Program-made: the position numbers and the translations under genes | Assembly: GCA_947630185.1 (NCBI GenBank) | Contig: CANRGT010000002.1 | Span: 45,467-109,466, forward strand | Direction of reading: 5' to 3' | Source: an uncultured Clostridia bacterium | GTDB lineage: Bacteria > Bacillota > Clostridia > TANB77 > CAG-508 | DNA: 64,000 nt | The notes under the pieces: model-generated | What the model was told of the DNA's origin: nothing | Seen by the model: the letters and a program-made list of their open reading frames with translations, nothing else | Databases searched by the model: none | Part shown: in pieces, positions 35,956-43,985 of the stretch | Layout: every line of letters begins with the position of its first letter | Position numbering within the stretch: the first letter of the stretch is position 1

Positions 35956-36723
35956 ATGAAATTAATATCATGGAATGTAAATGGCTTAAGAGCAGTTATA
36001 AATAAAGGCTTTAAAGAATTTTTTGAGAACATAGATGCAGACATATTTTGCATTCAAGAAACGAAAATGCAGGAAGAGCAAATAGATATAGAAATACAAA
36101 ATATTTTTAAAAACTATAATTCATATTGGAATAGTGCTGTAAAAAAAGGTTATTCAGGAACAGCAGTATTTACAAAGAAAAATCCACTAAAAGTAACATA
36201 TGGAATAGGAAAAGAAGAACATGATCAAGAAGGAAGAGTAATAACCTTAGAGTTTGACAAGTTTTTCTTAGTAAATTGCTATACACCAAATTCAAAAAGA
36301 GAATTAGAAAGATTAAACTACAGAATGGTTTGGGAAGATGAAATGAGAAATTACTTATTGGAATTAGATAAAATTAAACCAGTAATTTATTGTGGAGACT
36401 TCAATGTAGCACATGAAGAAATAGACTTAAAAAATCCAAAAACAAATCACCAAAGTGCAGGCTTTACAGATGAAGAAAGAAATAAAATGACCGAGCTTTT
36501 AAATTCAGGTTTTACAGATAGTTTTAGATATTTATATCCAGAAAAAGAAAATGCTTATACTTGGTGGTCATATATGTTCCATGCAAGAGAGAAAAATGTA
36601 GGCTGGAGAATAGATTATTTTATAGTATCAAAATCAATTGAGAATAAAATTGAAGAAAGTAATATTTATGATAATGTAATGGGAAGTGATCATTGCCCAG
36701 TTGGATTAGTTTGCAAGCTATAA
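35956..36723 (+). CDS. xth: Exodeoxyribonuclease III (AP endonuclease, ExoIII/ExoA family)
   Basis: The 255-aa product begins MKLISWNVNGLRA and carries the FCIQETK, GDFNVAH and C-terminal GSDHCPV motifs. Confidence 0.9.
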   Translation: MKLISWNVNGLRAVINKGFKEFFENIDADIFCIQETKMQEEQIDIEIQNIFKNYNSYWNSAVKKGYSGTAVFTKKNPLKVTYGIGKEEHDQEGRVITLEFDKFFLVNCYTPNSKRELERLNYRMVWEDEMRNYLLELDKIKPVIYCGDFNVAHEEIDLKNPKTNHQSAGFTDEERNKMTELLNSGFTDSFRYLYPEKENAYTWWSYMFHAREKNVGWRIDYFIVSKSIENKIEESNIYDNVMGSDHCPVGLVCKL

Positions 36724-36863
36724 AGCGACTTATTATAATAATATAAATATAAAGTAAGAGTTATTATAAAATTACATAATTAAAAAAGGATAAAATGCAT
36801 TATAAAAGAATATGAAAAAGGAAAGGAGCAAGTAATACGTCTTAAAATGTATTACAAAAAATT

Positions 36864-37982
36864 ATGAGAGAACAAAAAAGATTAAGTAAATGGTTATATT
36901 GGTTCATCTTAGGGGTTGCAATTATTGCAGTATATAAACTACTTGATAATTTAGGCCCAATTACAAATTTCTTAAATGGATTATTAAATATTTTGATGCC
37001 ATTTGTAATGGGCTTGCTAATAGCGTATTTATTTTATATACCATGTAGAGCAGTAGAAAGAAAGTACAAAAAAGTAAAATTTCTATCAAAAAGAGCAAGA
37101 GGATTATCAATTGTTACAGTATATATAATTGCAATTTTAATAGTTGTACTTGCTTTAACCTTTGTTATACCAAATATAGTAAAAAGTATAGCAGACTTTG
37201 TAGCAAACTTTGGAGATTACTATAATAGCACATTGGAAAAAATACAAAACTTGCCAGAGGACTCTATTTGGAAAAGTGATGCAATAATGGGAATCATTCA
37301 AAATCTTAGCCAAATTGATTTAAAAGAATATTTAAACATTGAAAAACTTATGCAGTATGCACAAGGTGCAATTAGTGCAGTAAGTGGAATATTTAATATA
37401 TTTGTTTCGTTTATTGTTTCAGTATATTTATTAGCAGAAAGAAGGCAAATACTACAATTCTTAAAAAGACTAGCAGGAGCAATATTTCCTAAAGGAACCT
37501 ATGAAATGGTAAGTAGATATTTTAACAAATCAAATGAAGTATTTTTTAAATATATATCAGGTCAAGTATTAGATGCAATTATAGTAGGAATTTTAACATC
37601 AGTAGCAATGTCAATTTTAGGGGTGAAATATGCTATTCTATTAGGTTTCACTATAGGATTATTTAACTTAATACCATACTTTGGAGCAATAATAGCAGTA
37701 ATAATTGCAATTATAGTAACACTATTTACAGGAGGTTTAGGTCAAGCTATTCTAATGGCAATAGTTGTAATTATATTACAGCAAATTGACGCAAACATTA
37801 TAAATCCAAAAATTATAGGAAATTCACTATCAATTAGTCCACTTCTAGTAATATTTGCAGTAACAGTTGGAGGGGCATATTTCGGAGTACTTGGAATGTT
37901 TCTTTCAGTTCCAGTAGGTACAGTAATAAAACTTTTAATAGAAGAGTATATAGAATATAAGGAAAAAAAGGAGATACTATGA
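36864..37982 (+). CDS. AI-2E family transporter (PerM/UPF0118-type permease)
   Basis: The 372-aa polytopic membrane protein has a layout typical of the family, including ...NLIPYFGAIIAVIIAIIVTLF... and IINPKIIGNSLSISPLLVIFAV. Confidence 0.75.
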   Translation: MREQKRLSKWLYWFILGVAIIAVYKLLDNLGPITNFLNGLLNILMPFVMGLLIAYLFYIPCRAVERKYKKVKFLSKRARGLSIVTVYIIAILIVVLALTFVIPNIVKSIADFVANFGDYYNSTLEKIQNLPEDSIWKSDAIMGIIQNLSQIDLKEYLNIEKLMQYAQGAISAVSGIFNIFVSFIVSVYLLAERRQILQFLKRLAGAIFPKGTYEMVSRYFNKSNEVFFKYISGQVLDAIIVGILTSVAMSILGVKYAILLGFTIGLFNLIPYFGAIIAVIIAIIVTLFTGGLGQAILMAIVVIILQQIDANIINPKIIGNSLSISPLLVIFAVTVGGAYFGVLGMFLSVPVGTVIKLLIEEYIEYKEKKEIL

Positions 37983-38146
37983 AAAAAAACGTAATAAAAA
38001 TAAGTATATTGGTCTTAATTTTAATTTCAGTATTAATAGGACGGATATTTTTTATTAAAAGAAAATTACATATACATGATAAAATGGTGGGGAACATTAA
38101 TCTTAGTAGGACTTATATTTTTCCCAACATTTTCTATAGTGTTTAA
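37979..38146 (+). CDS. Possible 55-aa small membrane protein (below the ORF-track cutoff)
   Basis: Its ATG overlaps the TGA stop of the AI-2E gene (ATGA coupling). The product is MKKNVIKISILVLILISVLIGRIFFIKRKLHIHDK..., one TM helix plus a basic stretch. Its 3' 70 nt overlap the start of 38076..40391 in another frame. There is no independent support. Confidence 0.3.
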   Translation: MKKNVIKISILVLILISVLIGRIFFIKRKLHIHDKMVGNINLSRTYIFPNIFYSV

Positions 38147-40391
38147 AAAATTTGATGATAGAGGTTGGATGTTTTCAAAAATATTAGGGGTTGGCATTTC
38201 AGGCTTGATATTATGGAACTTATCATACCTAAAAATATTAAAATTTAATTCAATAAATAGTTATATAATACTAGGTAGTATAGCATTTATAAACCTAATA
38301 GTATTAATAGTAAGATTAATAGCAAACAGAAAGAAAGTAAAAGGAAGAATTGCTAATGATAAAAAGGCCAATGTAAAAATAACTAATGAAAAAATACAAA
38401 ACGAAAAAGTAGCTAACCAAAAAAAGAATAGCGTAAGCTATATACTTATAAACATACTAATAATAGAAATAATATTTTTGATGGCATTCACAATATGGGT
38501 ATATATTAGAAGCTTTGTTCCAATCTTAAATAAATATACTGAACATTTTATGAATTATGGATTCATAAATAAAATAATGAATTCAGACTATTTGCCAATA
38601 GAAGATATATGGTTATCAGGAAACAATATAAATTATTATTACTTTGGCCAATATATAACAGCATTCTTAAATAAGATATCAACAACTCATGTAGAAGAAA
38701 GTTACAACTTAATGATTGCACTACTTGCAGCATGCTTATTTACATTAGCATATTCAATAGGTAAAAATCTAGGAAAAAATTTGATAAAAGATGATACAAG
38801 AAAAATTGTAAAATCTATTCCAATAATTATAGCAATATTAGCAGGGCTTTCAACTTGTTTAGGTGGAACAACATATTATCCAATATATAGATGGATATTA
38901 CAAGACAAAGATTATTTCTATGCAGATCCTTGTTATTATATAGGATATAGGCCAGATGTACCAGACAAAACGATTACTGCATTTCCATCATATATGAACT
39001 TAGAAGGAGATTTACATGCACATTATGTTGACACCATTTTTTCACTTACAATGCTTGCATTACTATTACAATATATGCTTTCTGAAAATGAAAAAGGTAT
39101 AGATAATGTTGAAAAATTAGAAAATAATAAAAATCAAGAGGACTCAAAAAATTCAAAAGGCGATACAAAGTTAAAATTTTCAAAAGATAATAAGAAAATC
39201 AAAATAAAAGGTGGATGGAAAGAATTTTTTAATCTAAACATAATTCTAATGGGAGTTTTGCTAGCAATTCAGAAAATGACAAACTATTGGGATTTTCCAA
39301 TATATTTAGTAATAATAGGTGCAGTAGTAACAGTTAAAAATTTTATTAAATATAAAAAATTCAAGCAAAAAATTCTTGTAACTCTTGCACAATTAGTACA
39401 AGTTGTTGTAATAGAAGAACTATTATCCTTAACATTTTCAATGCACTTATATATTAGTGCAACACAAGTACATTTTACCAATATTATGTCACCAACATAT
39501 AAATTAGCTGTCTTATGGGGACTACCAATCATATGTATTGTAGTAGACATAATTATACTTTTATATAAATACTTTAAAGAAAAAAAAGGAAGTATATTTG
39601 ATTATATAAATAGAATGAATCTATCAGATATATATATAATAATAATAGGTGTTTGTGCAATAGGATTAGTACTATTACCTGAAATAATATATCTAAAAGA
39701 TATATATGGTGACGAATATAAAAGAGCAAATACAATGTTTAAACTTACATTTAATGCAATAACTCTATTTCACATTTCTACGAGCTACATATTAATAAAG
39801 CATATATATGAAAAAGCATCAATAATAAAAAAGATAATTACAGTAATAATTTTAATAGTATTTTCAACTACAATTTGCTATGGAACAGATGCAATTAGTT
39901 ATGTAACTAATGGCTTAAAGAGTGAAACAATGGATATTAGAAATGTTGAAGATGATATTAAGGAAAATCTTCCAGATGATTATGAAGCAATCCAATGGAT
40001 AAAAGAAAACATAGATAGAGATGCAATAATTCTTCAAAAAACTGATGGAAGTTATACATTATCTACAAGAATATCTACCTTTACAGCAAATCCAACGGTA
40101 TTAGGCTGGCATGGACATGAATGGATTTGGAGAGCAAAACCAGATTATAGTGTACCTGATGAGGTAGATAACAGATGGAATGATATTTATCAAATATATA
40201 CATCGCAAGACGAAAATCATGTAAAATTTTTAATAGAAAAATATAATATTTCATATGTTTATATTGGAAATGTAGAATATAGTGATTATACAGATACTGA
40301 TTTTAGTGTATTGCTAAATTTAGGTGATATAGTATACAAGAATGATGAAAATTATGTAATGTCACCAGTTTATATTGTAAAATGTAAATGA
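38076..40391 (+). CDS. Large polytopic membrane protein, DUF2298/YYY-domain-like
   Basis: The N-terminus WWGTLILVGLIFFPTFSIVFKKFDDRGWMFSKILGVGISGLILWN and the NINYYYFGQY motif resemble the DUF2298 (Chlor_Arch_YYY) family. It has many TM helices and a soluble C-terminal domain. The assignment is from memory of the family signature, not a search. Confidence 0.6.
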   Translation: MIKWWGTLILVGLIFFPTFSIVFKKFDDRGWMFSKILGVGISGLILWNLSYLKILKFNSINSYIILGSIAFINLIVLIVRLIANRKKVKGRIANDKKANVKITNEKIQNEKVANQKKNSVSYILINILIIEIIFLMAFTIWVYIRSFVPILNKYTEHFMNYGFINKIMNSDYLPIEDIWLSGNNINYYYFGQYITAFLNKISTTHVEESYNLMIALLAACLFTLAYSIGKNLGKNLIKDDTRKIVKSIPIIIAILAGLSTCLGGTTYYPIYRWILQDKDYFYADPCYYIGYRPDVPDKTITAFPSYMNLEGDLHAHYVDTIFSLTMLALLLQYMLSENEKGIDNVEKLENNKNQEDSKNSKGDTKLKFSKDNKKIKIKGGWKEFFNLNIILMGVLLAIQKMTNYWDFPIYLVIIGAVVTVKNFIKYKKFKQKILVTLAQLVQVVVIEELLSLTFSMHLYISATQVHFTNIMSPTYKLAVLWGLPIICIVVDIIILLYKYFKEKKGSIFDYINRMNLSDIYIIIIGVCAIGLVLLPEIIYLKDIYGDEYKRANTMFKLTFNAITLFHISTSYILIKHIYEKASIIKKIITVIILIVFSTTICYGTDAISYVTNGLKSETMDIRNVEDDIKENLPDDYEAIQWIKENIDRDAIILQKTDGSYTLSTRISTFTANPTVLGWHGHEWIWRAKPDYSVPDEVDNRWNDIYQIYTSQDENHVKFLIEKYNISYVYIGNVEYSDYTDTDFSVLLNLGDIVYKNDENYVMSPVYIVKCK

Positions 40392-40392
40392 G

Positions 40393-40423
40393 ACAATGTG
40401 ACTTAGGTTTTTGTCTTAAGAAA
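40393..40423 (+). repeat. Copy 1 of a ~31-nt direct repeat (partner 43660..43690)
   Basis: The sequence is acaatgtgacttaggtttttgtcttaagaaa, starting 2 nt after the stop at 40391. About 27 of 32 aligned positions match copy 2. Confidence 0.8.
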
Positions 40424-40820
40424 TTTTATAAATAAGAAAATGAAAATTAGGTTTTTTAATTAAACAATTTTAAATATATAAATGACTTTTACTAAAAACA
40501 AAAGAACAATACAATTTTTAGCTACTCATGTAATACTTTTTAAAGTTTAAAAAAGTTTATTACAATAGAGCCACAAAAATATATTGTTCTTTTTTATTTT
40601 TTAAAGAAGTTTTGTAGCAATTTTATTACTTAAGAAAAACTTAATAATTTCATATCTTTTTTCTTAAGAAATATCTATTATAATACTGTTAAATAAAAAT
40701 TTACATTGAAAAGAAAAACTTGCAAAATTATGTTATAATAAGAAAAACAAAAACAATTTATAAAAATAAGAAAGGAGTATATGATTATTTAAGTTATTAA
40801 ATACATCATATAAGATTGGT

Positions 40821-41537
40821 ATGTACAATATTTTAGTAGTAGATGATGATAAAGAAATAGTAAACGCAATTGAAATTTATTTAAGTAAAGAAGGGTATAA
40901 TATTTTAAAAGCATACAATGGACTAGAAGCATTACAGATATTAGAAAAAAATAAAGATATACATCTAATTATACTAGACATAATGATGCCAAAACTAGAC
41001 GGAATAAGTACAGCTAATATAATACGAAAAGATAAAGCAATACCAATAATTATGTTATCTGCTAAATCGGAAGATTATGATAAAATCGCAGGTCTTAACA
41101 ATGGTGCAGACGACTATGTTACAAAGCCATTTAATCCATTAGAGCTAATAGCAAGAGTAAACTCCCAAATACGAAGATACACTTCGCTTGGCTCGATTGC
41201 AAGTCAAGAACAAATTGAAGATGAAAACCTATACACTTCAGGAGACTTGATAATAAATGATAATACAAAACAAGTTATTGTAGAAGGAAAAGAAGTAAAG
41301 TTAACTCCAACAGAATATAACATACTAAAATTTTTAACAAAAAATAAAGGAATAGTATATTCAATAGAACAAATATATGAAAACGTATGGGAAGAAGAAA
41401 GTTATTCAGCAGAGAATATAATAGCAGTTCACATAAGACATATTAGAGAAAAAATAGAAATCAATCCACGAGAACCAAAATACTTAAAAGTAATATGGGG
41501 AATAGGCTATAAAATTGAAAACTTGAATAAAAGCTAA
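40821..41537 (+). CDS. OmpR/PhoB-family response regulator
   Basis: The receiver domain carries VVDDD, ILDIMMPKLDG and the conserved Lys in the receiver (YVTKPF). The C-terminal winged-helix domain carries LTPTEYNILKFL and YLKVIWGIGYK. Confidence 0.9.
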   Translation: MYNILVVDDDKEIVNAIEIYLSKEGYNILKAYNGLEALQILEKNKDIHLIILDIMMPKLDGISTANIIRKDKAIPIIMLSAKSEDYDKIAGLNNGADDYVTKPFNPLELIARVNSQIRRYTSLGSIASQEQIEDENLYTSGDLIINDNTKQVIVEGKEVKLTPTEYNILKFLTKNKGIVYSIEQIYENVWEEESYSAENIIAVHIRHIREKIEINPREPKYLKVIWGIGYKIENLNKS

Positions 41538-41666
41538 ATAGATGAGAATTAGATGAATAGTAAAAAGTAATAAAATTAAGAAGCAAAACAAATAATAAAA
41601 AAGTAAAAACAAACAATAGTAAGAAATTAATAACTTAATAAAGAATCTAAAAGGAGGAAAAGGACA

Positions 41667-43658
41667 ATGCATAATAAAAAGATTTGTACGGCTAGAATAG
41701 TAAAAAACATAGAATATTTTTTTGTACCAATATTCTTTACCATATTTATATTATGTATACTGTCACTAATAACAGTAGAGCAAAATATACAATTGAAAAG
41801 TACTGATAATTATTATGAAAGCTATATATTTACAAGTGAATATTTAAAAAATGTAGGATCAAATAATTATTATATAAGAAATTACGAACTAGATTCTACT
41901 AAAGATAAAAATTCTGAAAACATAATATATAATTGGGATAGAAATTCAAACCTTATTTATTTAATTATTAATAAAAAGACAGGCACAGCATATACTAGTG
42001 TGCAAAAAACAACATATACTGACACAATAGATGAAATAAAAACATACATTGGAAAGAATAAGATATATTGGAATTATGTAAATGAAAAAATAGATACAAG
42101 TGCAGAAGCATTAAAAGAAGAAAATATATATTACGATAGTGATTTTGAAACAATAAAATATAATAAAGAAAATGTAGATATATATAGTGCTATAATAGAT
42201 GAAATGCCATACAATGATTCAATAGTATTTACTAAAATAGCCTTTCAAGTATGCAAGTATTTCTATAACTACTCAATAATTTTATTACCATTATCAATGA
42301 TAGCATTAATTTTAGCAATAATTGCAATAATTAATGGAATTGGAAAAACGGCAAAATATGAAGAAATACATTTAACATGGTTTGACAAATGGAAATTAGA
42401 GATAGTAACAGCTATAATATTATTTATAATTATGTTATCTACTATGGCACTTATAATGTGTTTTGATGTATTAGATAGCATATTAAGATGGCCAATTGGA
42501 ATTATTGGAATAATAACAAGTCTAATACTTATATATTTAATGTCAATATTATTATTAGAAACAATAGTAAAGAGAATTAAAACACACACTTTAATAAAAT
42601 CTAGCCTAATATATGCTATATTTCATCAAATAGCAGAATTAGGAAGAAATAGAAAAATCACCACAAAATTAGTATTATTCTATGGAGGTTTTTGCTTAGC
42701 AGGATTTATTTGCACAGTTGGAATTATGAATTCATATAGTGATCAAAGTGCATTCTTTTGGATAATTATGTTAATAATACTCGCAATTACAACCTTCTAT
42801 TTATTATTTAAAAAATTAAAAGAATTTGAAAAAATAAAAGAAGCACTTAAAAAAATATATGAAGGAAATACAGAAGTATACATAAACCCAAATGAGACAA
42901 ATGGGGATTTAAAACAAGTGGCAGTATACATTAATGATATAGCAGGAGGCCTATCAAATGCCATACAAGAGAGCTTAAAAAGTGAAAGATTAAAAACAGA
43001 GTTAATCACAAATGTATCACATGATATAAAAACACCACTAACCTCCATAATAAATTATGTAGACTTATTAAAAAAGGAAAAAATGCCAAATGAAAAAGCA
43101 CAAGAATATTTAATGGTATTAGAAAATAAATCACAAAGGCTAAAAAAACTAACAGAGGATTTAGTAGAAGCTTCAAAAGCATCTTCAGGAAATATAAAAT
43201 TAAATATGGAAAAATTAAATGTAATAGAGCTTGTAAAACAAATATCAGGCGAGTTCGAAGATAAATTCAAAGAAAAAGGACTAACAGAAATAATAACAGT
43301 TCCAGAAGAAGCAGTATATATAGAAGCAGACGGAAGATATATGTATAGAGTATTAGAAAACATATATGGAAATGTATCTAAGTATGCATTAGAAAATACA
43401 AGGGTATATGTAGATGTAATAAAAGTAAAAGAAAATGTTATTATACAAATGAAAAATGTATCTAAAGATAAGCTAAATATCAGTGCAGATGAACTAATGC
43501 AAAGATTTGTTAGAGGAGAGGCATCAAGAAATACCGAAGGAAGCGGACTTGGACTTTCAATAGCAACTAGCCTTACAGAACTTCAAGGTGGAAAATTTCA
43601 AATATACTTAGATGGAGACTTATTTAAAGTAACTATTGAATTTAAAATTAAAGTTTAA
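41667..43658 (+). CDS. Sensor histidine kinase with a large N-terminal extracytoplasmic domain and multiple TM helices
   Basis: A GGAGGAAAAGGA RBS is present. The H-box is SHDIKTPLTSIINY. There is a conserved Asn region (N-box) (NIYGNVSKYA) and a G-box (GSGLGLSIA). One TM helix is followed by ~170 aa of predicted external domain and then about 5 more TM helices. Confidence 0.9.
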   Translation: MHNKKICTARIVKNIEYFFVPIFFTIFILCILSLITVEQNIQLKSTDNYYESYIFTSEYLKNVGSNNYYIRNYELDSTKDKNSENIIYNWDRNSNLIYLIINKKTGTAYTSVQKTTYTDTIDEIKTYIGKNKIYWNYVNEKIDTSAEALKEENIYYDSDFETIKYNKENVDIYSAIIDEMPYNDSIVFTKIAFQVCKYFYNYSIILLPLSMIALILAIIAIINGIGKTAKYEEIHLTWFDKWKLEIVTAIILFIIMLSTMALIMCFDVLDSILRWPIGIIGIITSLILIYLMSILLLETIVKRIKTHTLIKSSLIYAIFHQIAELGRNRKITTKLVLFYGGFCLAGFICTVGIMNSYSDQSAFFWIIMLIILAITTFYLLFKKLKEFEKIKEALKKIYEGNTEVYINPNETNGDLKQVAVYINDIAGGLSNAIQESLKSERLKTELITNVSHDIKTPLTSIINYVDLLKKEKMPNEKAQEYLMVLENKSQRLKKLTEDLVEASKASSGNIKLNMEKLNVIELVKQISGEFEDKFKEKGLTEIITVPEEAVYIEADGRYMYRVLENIYGNVSKYALENTRVYVDVIKVKENVIIQMKNVSKDKLNISADELMQRFVRGEASRNTEGSGLGLSIATSLTELQGGKFQIYLDGDLFKVTIEFKIKV

Positions 43659-43659
43659 A

Positions 43660-43710
43660 ACAATGGGACGGGGTTTTTGTCTTAAAGAAAACTCCGTCCC
43701 ATTGTCTTAT
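43660..43710 (+). terminator. GC-rich hairpin after the histidine kinase gene; its left arm is copy 2 of the direct repeat
   Basis: ACAATGGGACGG (43660-43671) pairs perfectly with CCGTCCCATTGT (43694-43705), and two further pairs extend the stem. The downstream U-tract is poor (cttatatat). Confidence 0.5.
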
Positions 43711-43881
43711 ATATAATTCAATTATTACAAAATAAAACTTACGGAAATGCAAATAATGCAAAATAAAGGCTAAAAACTAGTCAAAATATGACAAAAATGT
43801 AAATAATTTTTAATAATAACCAAAAATAAATAATCCGTAAAGAAAGCTGGTAAATGGTGCAATTTACCAGCTTTCATACTG

Positions 43882-43910
43882 TTTACAAGCTCTTCACAAG
43901 AATCTATAAT
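43882..43910 (+). promoter_or_regulatory. Putative sigma-A promoter of the giant surface-protein gene
   Basis: TTTACA (43882-43887), a 17-nt spacer, then TATAAT (43905-43910). It lies ~75 nt upstream of the ATG at 43986. Confidence 0.55.
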
Positions 43911-43985
43911 TATATATATAAACATAAACTTTAAAACTATGTTTTATATTATTTTTATTGTTTTTTGTATGGAGGTAAACTACAC

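Noticed and set aside
43738-43749. The 12-mer cttacggaaatg shared between the giant-gene upstream region and the rpoB leader (59454..59465), and TCCGTAAA-like words upstream of A1, A2 and the giant gene, as a possible common operator.
   Set aside because: With this window size and skewed base composition, my rough estimate is that thousands of chance 12-mer matches are expected. The shorter words are not positionally conserved relative to the promoters.
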